Of a stretch of 64,000 nt of DNA, positions 18,425 to 28,211 are shown one piece after another. The first letter of the stretch is position 1, and every line of letters begins with the position of its first letter. Source of the stretch: an uncultured Lachnospiraceae bacterium. Lineage in GTDB: Bacteria > Bacillota > Clostridia > Lachnospirales > Lachnospiraceae. Position numbers and translations under genes: made by a program. The notes under the pieces are model-generated. The model made no database searches and was not told the DNA's origin. It was given only the letters and a program-made list of their open reading frames with translations. Location of the stretch: NCBI GenBank assembly GCA_946614165.1, contig CAMOGQ010000003.1, forward strand, positions 8,056 to 72,055. The letters run 5' to 3'.

Positions 18425-21287
18425 CGGATCGCCCGGGGACCCGGCCGGGATCCTGGCCCCCTTCATGGAGAAGGATGAAAGGATCTCTCTCCTTCGGCAT
18501 GAGAGGAACCTGGGCCTTTACAGGGCAAGGCTGACGGGAGCCTCCGCCGCTTCCGGCATCTGGCTTTACTTTATGGACTCCGACGACTATCTCTCTCCCG
18601 GGTATCTCTGCAGCCTTCTGGAAAGAGCGGAGAGCTCCGGGTCCGAGATCTGCCTGGGCCCCTTTGTGACAGATGAGGAGGGAGGGTGCTTCCGCTATCC
18701 CCTTCATGCCCTGGCCCTGGACTGCGGGACCCTGGAGGGAGAGGCTGTAAGGGACTTTTTTTTCGGAGGGGAACTGGCCTGCTACAGCCTCCATACTATG
18801 TGGAACCGCCTGATCAGAAAATCCCTCTGGGACAGGGCTCTGCCGGATCTGAAAAAACTGGAGGGCCATATCGTCATGACAGAAGACATCGCCTTTTCCA
18901 CGGTCCTGTACTTTGAGGCCCGGAGCCTGACGGGCCTTCCTGGGGAGGAGTCCGAAGCCTATCACTACTGCAGGGGAAGGGGAAGCGCTACGGATGCCCG
19001 GGACATGGACATGGCAGCTTTCAGAAAGCGCCTGCAGGATCTGACAAGAGTCTTTACCTTCGGAGAGGCCTATCTGAAAGGAAAGAAGGCGCCCAGGGAG
19101 CTGCTGGCCCATTACCACCAGGGGAGGCGGCGCTACGGAAGGCTCTGGAAGCAGCTGGCAGCGGGCGGCTTTGCCGGAAGGAAGCGGAAAGAAGCCCTGT
19201 CACTGGTCCGGGATTTCTGCCCGGATGCGGGAGCCCCGGATCCGGAAGACGGCTGGTATGAATCCGCAAAGGATCCCTGGACGGGAGGACTATCCTATCT
19301 GGCAGGCAGGATCGGAGGCGAGGACCGGGAATGGATCAGCTTTGACTGCTTCGATACCCTGTTGACCAGGCCTTTCTATGACCCCTGCGATCTTTTCCTT
19401 ATGCTGGATCCCCTTTACAGACAGCTGACGGGCTCTGCGGGGAGCTTCGCCTCCCTCAGGATCCGCGGAGAGCAGGCCGCAAGGGCAGGAGCCCGCCTCA
19501 GAGGCCTGCAGGACACAGACCTTGACGAGATCTACAGAGTCACGGGACGCCTTTTCGGGATCGGGGAGGAGGCCCTGGGAGCCCTTAAGGAGGAGGAGAT
19601 CCGGCTGGAGATGCGCTTCTGCAAAAGGCGCAGGGCCGGGGGAAAACTGTACGACAGGGCAAGACGGGCAGGAAAGAAGATCCTGATCCTGTCGGACATG
19701 TATCTGCCTTCTTCCGTCCTGGCAGATCTCCTGGCGGAGAACGGCTATGATGGCTGGGAAGGGATCCTGGTCTCCTCGGAAGAAGGGGTCCTGAAGGAAA
19801 AGGGGGATCTCTACCGCAGGTGTCTGCAGAGATACCCGGAGGCCATCGGACGGATCCTCCATGTGGGGGATTCCTGGAAGGCCGACGTGGAAGGCAGCCG
19901 GAAGGCCGGCATTCCGGCCCTCTTTTTTCCCTCCGAAAGGGAGGTCTTTGAGAACCGGATCCGGGAGTGCCCGGCAGGACAGATGGCAGATCCGGCGGGC
20001 CCCTTTACGGGAAGGCTCTTTGAAAGAAGGAAGAGCCCCCTGTACCGGTGCATGCAGGCCCTGGTCATGGAAGAATGCATGGACGATCCCTACCGGCCCT
20101 TTTCGGGCAGCGGTGCCTTTGCCGGAGACCCCTGGGTCCTGGGCTATTACGGAGTGGGCATGCATCTGACGGGCCTTGCCCTCTGGATGGAGGAAGAAAG
20201 AAAGCGCTGCAGAGCCGGCAGGATCTGGTATCTGTCCAGGGACGGAGACCTTCCCCTCCGGGTCCGCAGGATCCTGCTGGGAGAAGAGGGAGCAGGCTAC
20301 CTGCACTGCTCCCGCAGAGCCCTCCTGCCCTATATGATCCTGACGCCGTCAGACTTTTACCAGCTGCCCGTTTCCCCTCCCGGGCATACCCCGGAGAGCC
20401 TCTCGGACCTGCTTGATTTCTGCAGAGGACCTTCCATGGAGGAAACGGAAGAGATCTTCCGCCTGGAAGGGAAGAATTTCCGCAGGCCCTTTACAGGCAG
20501 GGAGGACATGGAGGAGACTGTCCGGATCTTTCTGAAACACTGCTACAGCCCCGAAAAGCACCTGGAAGCCCGGGAAAGGATCCGGGACTATTTTTCCTGC
20601 GTCAGACCGGGAGATCTGTTTTTTGATACCGGCATGAGCGGCAGGATCCAGGGAGCTGTCTGCCGGGCCGCCGGTTTTCCGGCGGACGTTTTCTATATCT
20701 GCGAGGACAGGGAGGAAAGCTTAAAGGCAAAGCAGGCAGAGGGCTTCAGGATCCGGAGCCTGTATTCCTTTCTGCCCCGGGTGCGGGGCATGATGCGGGA
20801 GATCCTAATCTCCGATCCGGGCGGCACCTGCACCGGCTACCGGGAGGAAAAGGGGAGGATCCTGCCGGTCCTGGAGGAGAGAAGGCCGGGCAGGGAAGAG
20901 GCCCTGGTGCTGGAGAGGATCCGGAAGGGAGCGCTGGCTTTTGCCCGGGACTTTAAGGAGACCTTCGGACAGGGGCAGGACTTTGCGGACATCGATCCCA
21001 GGGAGGTCTCCCTTCCCCTGGAGGGCATGCTGGCCGGCATGACGGAAAGGGATCTGGCTCTGTTTTCCCCTTTCCTTTTTGAGGACCGCCTTTACGGGGG
21101 ATGCGGGAAGATCCGGGCAGGGGACCTTTTCAGGACCCAGCTTTCGGAAGCCGGGCTTTACTTTTCCGGCCCGGAAGAGAGACTGGCGGAAGGCGGGAAA
21201 AGGGAGGGGGCCCTCCGGGATCTCTGCCGGAAAGTGTACCGCCGCCTGCCCGGCGGATGGCGGAAAGAAAGGATGTGCAAGGAATGA
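18291..21287 (+). CDS. Multidomain glycosyltransferase: GT2 + HAD phosphatase + gPRT-like domain
   Basis: GT2 motifs: ISVIIPVY, LVDDGS, FMDSDD, TED. HAD motifs: SFDCFDTLL, LSDMY, HVGDSWKAD. PRT-like motifs: YLSRDG, FFDTGMSGRIQG. Start placed at ATG 18291 after AAAGGAG. Confidence 0.85.
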   Translation: MKKAKREILISVIIPVYRTEETLERCLKSLLVQEIREMEIILVDDGSPGDPAGILAPFMEKDERISLLRHERNLGLYRARLTGASAASGIWLYFMDSDDYLSPGYLCSLLERAESSGSEICLGPFVTDEEGGCFRYPLHALALDCGTLEGEAVRDFFFGGELACYSLHTMWNRLIRKSLWDRALPDLKKLEGHIVMTEDIAFSTVLYFEARSLTGLPGEESEAYHYCRGRGSATDARDMDMAAFRKRLQDLTRVFTFGEAYLKGKKAPRELLAHYHQGRRRYGRLWKQLAAGGFAGRKRKEALSLVRDFCPDAGAPDPEDGWYESAKDPWTGGLSYLAGRIGGEDREWISFDCFDTLLTRPFYDPCDLFLMLDPLYRQLTGSAGSFASLRIRGEQAARAGARLRGLQDTDLDEIYRVTGRLFGIGEEALGALKEEEIRLEMRFCKRRRAGGKLYDRARRAGKKILILSDMYLPSSVLADLLAENGYDGWEGILVSSEEGVLKEKGDLYRRCLQRYPEAIGRILHVGDSWKADVEGSRKAGIPALFFPSEREVFENRIRECPAGQMADPAGPFTGRLFERRKSPLYRCMQALVMEECMDDPYRPFSGSGAFAGDPWVLGYYGVGMHLTGLALWMEEERKRCRAGRIWYLSRDGDLPLRVRRILLGEEGAGYLHCSRRALLPYMILTPSDFYQLPVSPPGHTPESLSDLLDFCRGPSMEETEEIFRLEGKNFRRPFTGREDMEETVRIFLKHCYSPEKHLEARERIRDYFSCVRPGDLFFDTGMSGRIQGAVCRAAGFPADVFYICEDREESLKAKQAEGFRIRSLYSFLPRVRGMMREILISDPGGTCTGYREEKGRILPVLEERRPGREEALVLERIRKGALAFARDFKETFGQGQDFADIDPREVSLPLEGMLAGMTERDLALFSPFLFEDRLYGGCGKIRAGDLFRTQLSEAGLYFSGPEERLAEGGKREGALRDLCRKVYRRLPGGWRKERMCKE

Positions 21288-22867
21288 AGGAGACATGGAT
21301 CTGTCCCGGATGTCTGAATGAGATAGGAACGGAGGGCGGAAGATGTCCTGTCTGCGGCTTTGATGCGGGCACATGCCAAAGGCCGGAGGACGCCCTTCCT
21401 CTTTATACCCTGGCTGGAGACCGCTACCTGATCGGAGCTGTGATCGGCCGGGGAGGGTTCGGCATTACCTACGCTGCCATGGACCGGAAGCTGAGAAGAA
21501 GGGTCGCTCTCAAGGAGCTCTTTATCCGGGGAGTCACCAGGAGGGGACCGGGCGGCGAGGTCCTGGCCGAAGAAGGCAGTGAGGAGGCCCTTCCTGCCCT
21601 GCAGGAGGCCTTTCTGGAAGAAGCCAGGACCCTTTCCCGGACAGAAGCGGAAGGAGCCGTCCGGGTCCTGGACTGCTTCCGGGAGAGGGGGACCGCCTGC
21701 CTGGTCATGGAATATCTGGAAGGGGTCACGCTGCAGGAGAGGATCGAGAGGGAAGGACCCATGAAAGAGGAAGAGGCCCTCTCCTGCGTCAGAGTCCTGG
21801 CAGAAGCCCTGGGGAGCCTGCACAGGAAGGGGATCCTGCACCTGGATATCAGCCCGGAGAATATCATGCTGACCGGGGACGGGGGTGTCAGGCTGATCGA
21901 TTTCGGCCTGTCCCGGAACCTGTATGCCCAGATCCTGGGGACTATGTATTCCTTTAAGCCGGGCTATGCCCCTCCGGAGCAGTATGTGAGAGGAGCGAGG
22001 CTCCTTCCCTGCGCGGATGTCTATGCCCTGGGAGCGGTATGCCATTTTGCCCTGACCGGCAGAAGGCCCGACTGCCCGGGGGAGGAAGAGACGGAGATAT
22101 CGGAAAGGACCAGGCGTCTTCTGGACAGGGCCATGGAACCTCGGCCGGAGGACCGCTATCAGACAATGGAGGAAATGATGGAAGATATGAATAAAAAAAC
22201 CGATAGGAAAAAGATCCTTTTGGCAGCACTGGCCGCTGTCCTTATTCTGGCGGCTGCGGCCATCTGGTACCTGCAGGGAGCAGGCGGCCGGGACGCCTTT
22301 CTGGAAAGGGAAGAAAGTCCGGCGCAGGAGGCGGCGGAGGAAGCAGGGGGAGAGCCGGAAAAAACGCAGGCGGAGGCTCCCGAGGGCCAGCCTCCGGCCC
22401 TGCGGGAGGGAGACCTGATGCCCGGGATCAGCGGCCTTTTCAACATATCCTGCGCTCCGGAAGGGGACCTGCTCTTTTCCGTATCCCGGGATCCTGCGCT
22501 GACGGAGCCGGAGATCATCGTCTGGGAAAGGGTCTGGGACGAGACCCAGGAATTCTATGTGGAGGACTGTACGGAGGACCTTGGCGGATACCGGCTCTAT
22601 CCCCTCCTGGAGAACGGGGACTTTGCCTCCTGTCTGACCCTGGAAAGGGAGACGGGCAGAATTCTGGTCCGGAAAATGGATCCGGAGGATCCCTGTCAGA
22701 TCTTCCGGCTGGTCTACGCCGGCGGCGACAGGATGCAGATCCGGACAGGTGACGGAAGGGTTCTGACGGCGGGGCCGGAGGCCGGAAACGGGACAGGTGT
22801 CCTGGCCCGGGAAGAGGGGGAGGATGCCGGCGGGCAAAAGGAGTGGATGCTGGAATTTCCCAGGTAG
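21284..22867 (+). CDS. Membrane Hanks-type Ser/Thr kinase with N-terminal zinc ribbon and putative extracellular ricin-type beta-trefoil
   Basis: CPGC..CPVC; IGRGGFGITY, VALKE, HLDISPEN, IDFG, GYAPPEQ and DVYALG; one TM helix; QxF/W-like repeats at the C-terminus. The ATG overlaps the upstream TGA (ATGA at 21284-21287). Confidence 0.88.
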   Translation: MKETWICPGCLNEIGTEGGRCPVCGFDAGTCQRPEDALPLYTLAGDRYLIGAVIGRGGFGITYAAMDRKLRRRVALKELFIRGVTRRGPGGEVLAEEGSEEALPALQEAFLEEARTLSRTEAEGAVRVLDCFRERGTACLVMEYLEGVTLQERIEREGPMKEEEALSCVRVLAEALGSLHRKGILHLDISPENIMLTGDGGVRLIDFGLSRNLYAQILGTMYSFKPGYAPPEQYVRGARLLPCADVYALGAVCHFALTGRRPDCPGEEETEISERTRRLLDRAMEPRPEDRYQTMEEMMEDMNKKTDRKKILLAALAAVLILAAAAIWYLQGAGGRDAFLEREESPAQEAAEEAGGEPEKTQAEAPEGQPPALREGDLMPGISGLFNISCAPEGDLLFSVSRDPALTEPEIIVWERVWDETQEFYVEDCTEDLGGYRLYPLLENGDFASCLTLERETGRILVRKMDPEDPCQIFRLVYAGGDRMQIRTGDGRVLTAGPEAGNGTGVLAREEGEDAGGQKEWMLEFPR

Positions 22868-22995
22868 GGAGGATCCCTCCGGCCATTTGTTAAAATTTTC
22901 TGAAGAAAAGGCGCCTGGGGCGGCAGGCGCGGGGGCTGTGATATAATAATGGGGAGCATGTAAAAAAAGCAAGCATCTGATAAGAGGATCTTCTT

Positions 22996-25371
22996 ATGTA
23001 TGAATGCCCCAACTGCGGAGGAGGACTCCGCTTTGACCCCGCCGGCCAGGATCTGGTATGCGATTACTGCCAGACCAGGCTGGATCCCTATCAGTACGAG
23101 AAGGATCATGACGCGGATATATCAGAAAATGCCTACGGTGTCCAGATTTTTACCTGTCCCCAGTGCGGCGGCGAGATCATGACCACCAATATTTCCGTCA
23201 CCGGCTTCTGCTCCTACTGCGGCGCCTCCACGGTGCTGGATTCCAGGATGGCCAAAGAAAAGAGGCCGACCTGGATCATTCCCTTCAGGAAGACGGGAAA
23301 GGACTGCCGGGAGGCCTATAAAAAACGGATCGCCCGCGCCATCTATGCGCCTTCCCGGATGCGGGACGAGACCTACATGGACAGCTTCCGGGGGATCTAT
23401 ATTCCCTACTGGGTCTACAACGGAAAGGTGGATGCCCGGATCACCCTGAAGGGGACCCGGGTACACCGGAGCGGCAATTATGTCATTACGGACCATTACG
23501 ATCTGGGAAACGATGTGAAAGCCTCCTACGAAGGCATCTCATACGACGCCTCCAGCTCTTTCAGCGACGACGTCAGCGACCGGATCGCCCCCTTCAGCGC
23601 CGATGCCCTGAAGGAATTTACCCCGTCCATGCTGTGCGGCTTTTACGCGGACACCAGCGATGTGCCCTCCAGGCTCTATGCGGACAGGGCCAGGAATCTG
23701 GCGGAGCGGGACGTCTGGTACCGGATCAGCATGGACCCAGGGATGGAGGACTTTGACCTGACGCCTCCGGACAGCGCCTATAAGATGGACAGCCAGATCC
23801 CCATGCGTTCCGCCGGGCCAAAGCTGGCCCTGTTCCCGGTCTGGTTCGCCACCTACCGCAAGGATGACCGGGTGGCCTATTCGGTGATCAACGGGCTTAA
23901 CGGAAAGATCGCGGTGGACCTGCCGGTCAGCATTCCCAGATATCTGGCGGGAACGCTGCTTCTGGCCCTGCCCATCTTCATTCTCCTGAATATATTCCTG
24001 ACCCTTTCTCCTCCCTCTGTCCTGGCTCTTTCTTCCGTCCTGGCTTCTGTCAGCGCCTTTCTGTATTACCGGGAGATCAAAGCCCTGACGGCCCGGGAGC
24101 TCAGGACCGATGATCTGGGCTACCGGACGGTGGTCAACGGGGAAAAGGGCGGCAGTCTTCAGATGAAGAAGGGGAAGAAGCTCAGAAAAAAGAGGCGGAA
24201 AATTGGAATCAACTCGGTCATGACCCTGCTGGCCGTCATGATCGCGGCTTTCTGGGCCGTGGACGTGCTGAGTTCGGCTGTCGGTGTTTTCTCTCCCCTG
24301 CTGATCTATTTTACGGCTCTGCTGGCCGTGGCCGTCCTTTCTTATCTGACCTTTGAAACGGGGCAGGAGAGCGGGAACGGGAAGGTGCTGTACGGCATCC
24401 TGGGAACGGACGCGGCCGTCCTTGTGGGCCTTTTCGTCAGGATCTGGAACCCTGCCGGCGATATCTGGTATTATACGGCTTCCGCCCTGTCCTTTGCGGC
24501 CATAGGCTTTTCCCTGATCCAGGTCATCCGGAAATACAATGTTCTGGCCACCAGGCCCCTGCCCGATTTCTTTTCCAGGAAGGGCGGAGAGACCGGAAAG
24601 GCCATGCTGGCCCTTTTCCTCTGTCTTTCCCTGGCAGGCCTTGGCGCATCCGACGCTTTTGCCTATCCCCAGACGGTCTATACCAACCCTTCCACGGGCT
24701 ACATGGTCTGCATCGACGACGGAGCGGATCTGCTGAGTGAGGAAGAGGAGGCAGAGCTGACGGAAGCCATGAAAAAGGTCACAGAGTTCGGCAGCGCCGC
24801 CTTTGTATCGACCTTTTCTAATCCCGGGGACGCCCGGGAATATGCCGAGGAACAGTATTATGCCCTGTTCGGGAACGGCAGCGGCACCCTCTTCCTGATG
24901 GATATGGGCAACCGCTATCTCTACCTGGCCAACGGCGGTTATATCTATTCCGTCGTGAACAATGGCAGGGCTATGACCATCACCGACAATGTATATACCT
25001 ACGCGGGCGAGGGAGACTTCCTGGGCTGCGCCCTGGAAGTCTTTCAGCAGATGAATACCCTTCTGACGGGAGGCAGGATCGCCCAGCCCATGAAATACAT
25101 CAGCAACCTGCTGCTTTCCCTGATCCTTTCCCTTCTGATCAACTACCTGCTGGTCCTTCTGACAGCCGGCAGCAGAAAGCCTTCGGAGGACACGATCCTG
25201 GGGGCGGTCAGGATCAGCTTCCACATGTCGAATCCCGGCGCTGTCATGACCCATACCACCAGGGTCTATGATCCGCCCTTTACCTCTTCGGGCGGAGGCG
25301 GAGGCAGCCGGGGAGGCGGCGGAGGCGGAGGAGGAGGCTTCTCCGGCGGGGGCGGAGGCCACTCCTTCTGA
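22996..25371 (+). CDS. Zinc-finger membrane protein fused to a TPM-domain protein
   Basis: Four CxxC motifs at the N-terminus and several TM helices. These are followed by IDDGADLLSEEEE..L and GTLFLMDMGNR (TPM domain), a TM helix and a Gly-rich tail ending GGGGHSF. Confidence 0.75.
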   Translation: MYECPNCGGGLRFDPAGQDLVCDYCQTRLDPYQYEKDHDADISENAYGVQIFTCPQCGGEIMTTNISVTGFCSYCGASTVLDSRMAKEKRPTWIIPFRKTGKDCREAYKKRIARAIYAPSRMRDETYMDSFRGIYIPYWVYNGKVDARITLKGTRVHRSGNYVITDHYDLGNDVKASYEGISYDASSSFSDDVSDRIAPFSADALKEFTPSMLCGFYADTSDVPSRLYADRARNLAERDVWYRISMDPGMEDFDLTPPDSAYKMDSQIPMRSAGPKLALFPVWFATYRKDDRVAYSVINGLNGKIAVDLPVSIPRYLAGTLLLALPIFILLNIFLTLSPPSVLALSSVLASVSAFLYYREIKALTARELRTDDLGYRTVVNGEKGGSLQMKKGKKLRKKRRKIGINSVMTLLAVMIAAFWAVDVLSSAVGVFSPLLIYFTALLAVAVLSYLTFETGQESGNGKVLYGILGTDAAVLVGLFVRIWNPAGDIWYYTASALSFAAIGFSLIQVIRKYNVLATRPLPDFFSRKGGETGKAMLALFLCLSLAGLGASDAFAYPQTVYTNPSTGYMVCIDDGADLLSEEEEAELTEAMKKVTEFGSAAFVSTFSNPGDAREYAEEQYYALFGNGSGTLFLMDMGNRYLYLANGGYIYSVVNNGRAMTITDNVYTYAGEGDFLGCALEVFQQMNTLLTGGRIAQPMKYISNLLLSLILSLLINYLLVLLTAGSRKPSEDTILGAVRISFHMSNPGAVMTHTTRVYDPPFTSSGGGGGSRGGGGGGGGGFSGGGGGHSF

Positions 25372-25496
25372 TCTTCGACGGGTCTCCTTTCAGGCCTTAA
25401 GAGCGCTTCGGAAATTTTTCCGGAGCGCTTTCCCTTACCTGTTGACAGGCTGTGGTATGATAAGGTTCAAAACAGCTTTAGAGATGGAGAATCATT

Positions 25497-26414
25497 ATGG
25501 ATAAATATTATGACTACCTGATCCGCGCCACTGCGGCAGACGCCCAGATCCGCGCTTTTGCGGTCACTTCCCGCAACCTGACAGAGTTTGCCAGAGCGGC
25601 CCACAATACCAGCCCCATCGCCACGGCGGCCCTGGGAAGGCTTATGAGCGGAGCCCTCATGATGGCGGACATGCTCAAGAACGATAAAGACATGCTGACC
25701 ATCCAGATCGCCGGAGACGGTCCCCTGCAGGGCCTGACGGTCACCGCCGACAGCCACGGAGGCGTCAAAGGCTATGTAAAGAACCCGAACGTGGTCCTGC
25801 CTCCCAACGCCCAGGGACATCTGAACGTGGGCGGAGGCGTAGGCAAAGGTACCCTGACCGTGATCCGGGACCTGGGCCTCAAGGACCCCTACGTGGGCCA
25901 GATCGCCCTGCACAGTGGGGAGATCGCCGACGATCTTACCTACTACTATGCGGAGTCGGAACAGATCCCTTCCTCTGTGGGGCTGGGCGTTCTGATGAAC
26001 AGGGACAATACGGTCCGCCAGGCCGGCGGCTTCGTGGTCCAGATCATGCCCGGAGCGTCGGAAGAGACTGTGGCGAAGCTGGAGGAGAATCTGCTCCTTG
26101 TCAATTCCGTGACGGTCATGCTGGAGGACGGCCTTTCTCCCAGACAGATCCTGGAGCAGGTCCTGAAGGGATTTGACTTTACAGTGACAGAGACCCTTCC
26201 CGTAGCCTTCCGCTGCAGCTGTTCCAGAGACCGCTGCGAGCGCGGCCTGATCCTTCTGGGAACGGAGGAGATCGACTCCATCATAAAGGACGGACAGGAT
26301 ATCGATATGACCTGTCAGTTCTGCGGCAAGTCCTATCATTTCACCCTGGACGATATCAGAAAGATCCGTCCCCGGACTTTCGGTGCGGGCTCTTCGGAGG
26401 AAGCCGGAAGCTGA
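25497..26414 (+). CDS. hslO: Hsp33 redox-regulated chaperone
   Basis: DYLIRATA, ALGR, SEQIPS, AGGF and the zinc centre CSC...CQFC. Confidence 0.95.
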   Translation: MDKYYDYLIRATAADAQIRAFAVTSRNLTEFARAAHNTSPIATAALGRLMSGALMMADMLKNDKDMLTIQIAGDGPLQGLTVTADSHGGVKGYVKNPNVVLPPNAQGHLNVGGGVGKGTLTVIRDLGLKDPYVGQIALHSGEIADDLTYYYAESEQIPSSVGLGVLMNRDNTVRQAGGFVVQIMPGASEETVAKLEENLLLVNSVTVMLEDGLSPRQILEQVLKGFDFTVTETLPVAFRCSCSRDRCERGLILLGTEEIDSIIKDGQDIDMTCQFCGKSYHFTLDDIRKIRPRTFGAGSSEEAGS

Positions 26415-26453
26415 TATCCGAAGGCGGAAAAAAGTATCTTCATACTCGAACAT

Positions 26454-26488
26454 AAAAAAGCGGAAGACCCGGGATCTTCCGCTTTTTT
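26454..26488. terminator. Bidirectional intrinsic terminator (hslO / rpe)
   Basis: AAAAAAGCGGAAGA-CCCGGGA-TCTTCCGCTTTTTT. Confidence 0.85.
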
Positions 26489-26543
26489 GTATGCATTGTT
26501 TTATCTGTGTCTGTTTTTTCCGCCTTTTATGAAGCGCCTTCCG

Positions 26544-27218
26544 TCAGTGAGAGGCTTCGTAGGCGGCGAAATGATCCATAAAGGCCTTTGCAGAGCCGTA
26601 GACGTCATCGTTGTAAACGGCGGAGCCGGCCACGATGACGTTGGCGCCGGCGTCCAGGACCACGTCTACGTTGTCCAGCTTGATGCCTCCGTCCACCTGG
26701 ATGTCAATGTCCACCTCTTCCTCGTCGAAGAGCTTCCTGGCTTCCATGATCCGGCGGGTGGACTTTTTCAGGTACTTCTGTCCGCCGAATCCGGGCTCCA
26801 CCGTCATGATCAGAAGCATATCCAGACGATGGATGTAGGGGATGACGGCTTCAATGGGGGTCTGGGGCTTGATGGCCATGCCGACCCTTTTGCCTACTTC
26901 GTTGATGGAGGCTATGACCGCGCCGGGATCCTCCACGGCTTCATAGTGGAAGGTGATGCCGTCCGCCCCCGCTTCGGCAAAAGGCCTGACGAACTTTTCG
27001 GGATGGACTGTCATCAGGTGGACGTCGAAGAAGAGATCGGAAGTCTTTCTCAGGCATTTCACTACAGGCATACCGAAGGAAATGCTGGGAACGAAGCTGC
27101 CGTCGCATACATCGATGTGTGCGTAGGGAGCGCCGGCCCTGGCGGTCTCCGCCACCTGCTGCCCCAGAACGTTGAAATCAGCTGACAGAATGGACGGTGC
27201 AAATTTGATTTTTCTCAT
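26544..27218 (-). CDS. rpe: D-ribulose-5-phosphate 3-epimerase
   Basis: APSILSADF, HIDVCDG.FVP, DVHLM, MTVEPGFGGQ, QVDGGI and VAGSAV. Confidence 0.93.
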   Translation of the reverse strand: MRKIKFAPSILSADFNVLGQQVAETARAGAPYAHIDVCDGSFVPSISFGMPVVKCLRKTSDLFFDVHLMTVHPEKFVRPFAEAGADGITFHYEAVEDPGAVIASINEVGKRVGMAIKPQTPIEAVIPYIHRLDMLLIMTVEPGFGGQKYLKKSTRRIMEARKLFDEEEVDIDIQVDGGIKLDNVDVVLDAGANVIVAGSAVYNDDVYGSAKAFMDHFAAYEASH

Positions 27219-27281
27219 AAAAAAGTCCTTTCTCCTGTTCCTGTGCCGGTTCGCCTGAAAAAAGAAGGACGCGGAAGGGGC

Positions 27282-28142
27282 TTAAAGGCCCAGTCTTGCG
27301 GCCGACTCTTCGATCCTTGCACGAAGGAAAGCGGAAGCGTCTGTAATGGTCTGAACATAATCCTGGCCCTTCTGGTACCAGAATTCGCCGGTGAAGGTGC
27401 GTACGCCCATCTGCAGGGATGCGTCGATGCAGCGTCCGTACTCGGTATGGCCTGTGGGGTCGCCGAAGTTCATGTCACGGTAAAGGCCGGGCTTTGTCTC
27501 CTTGAGATGGACCGCGAAAATATGGCCCTTTCCAAGCCACATGTCTTCCACCACGTCCGTTCCGTAGATCACGGAGGCGTTCTTCAGGTTGCCGATATCG
27601 GGGTATACGCCCAGGTAGGGAGAGCCTACCGCATCCACGTATTTCATGGATTTTCCGACTGTGTCCATAAAGGGAGTCTCCATGGTCTCAAAGCCCAGGA
27701 TCACGCCCCATCTGGCGGCATAGTCCGCGGAAGCCTTCAGGCCTTCCAGGAACCACTTCTCGGTATCCGCGTCGCCCTGTTCATAATAAACATCATAGCC
27801 TGCCAGCTGTATGATTGCAATATTGGCATTGACGCAGAATTCAATGGCCTTTCGCATGATTTCCATGGACCTTTCCCGGACGGCCGGGTCATGGCTTCCC
27901 AGGGGATATTTGCGGTGGCCGGACAGGCACATGGTGCGGATGGGAGTTTCTGCGGCTCTTGCCAGGATGCCCAGTTCTCTCTGTTTTTCGGCAGACCAGT
28001 CCAGTCTCTCCAGTCTCCAGTCTGTTTCATCTACACTGATCTCCAGTCTGTCGAAACCGCATTCCCTGGTGATGTCGAACATCTTGGGGAACGAATATCC
28101 GACAGGTATGGCTTTTTCGTAAAGACCCAGTGAATATTCCAT
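27282..28142 (-). CDS. ulaE: L-ribulose-5-phosphate 3-epimerase (L-xylulose-5-P 3-epimerase)
   Basis: LGLYEKA, EISVDETD.RL.RLDW, MCLSGHRKYPLGS, IQLAGYDVYY, FETM, YPDIGN and HLKET. Confidence 0.92.
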   Translation of the reverse strand: MEYSLGLYEKAIPVGYSFPKMFDITRECGFDRLEISVDETDWRLERLDWSAEKQRELGILARAAETPIRTMCLSGHRKYPLGSHDPAVRERSMEIMRKAIEFCVNANIAIIQLAGYDVYYEQGDADTEKWFLEGLKASADYAARWGVILGFETMETPFMDTVGKSMKYVDAVGSPYLGVYPDIGNLKNASVIYGTDVVEDMWLGKGHIFAVHLKETKPGLYRDMNFGDPTGHTEYGRCIDASLQMGVRTFTGEFWYQKGQDYVQTITDASAFLRARIEESAARLGL

Positions 28143-28211
28143 ATTTTCTCCGTTTCTGCGCGGAAGGTTCCGCGCGCTTTGGGTAAATTGCAGCTGTGTT
28201 TGCGGCCGGGA

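Noticed and set aside
25290-25360. GGCGGA-type tandem repeats
   Set aside because: They encode the Gly-rich tail typical of TPM-domain proteins, not an independent repeat element.
26544-27218. rpe as a disguised UlaD (same ribulose-phosphate-binding barrel superfamily)
   Set aside because: It has the full Rpe metal and catalytic motifs (HxD, DVHLM, VDGG) and lacks the UlaD/HPS DxKxxD motif.
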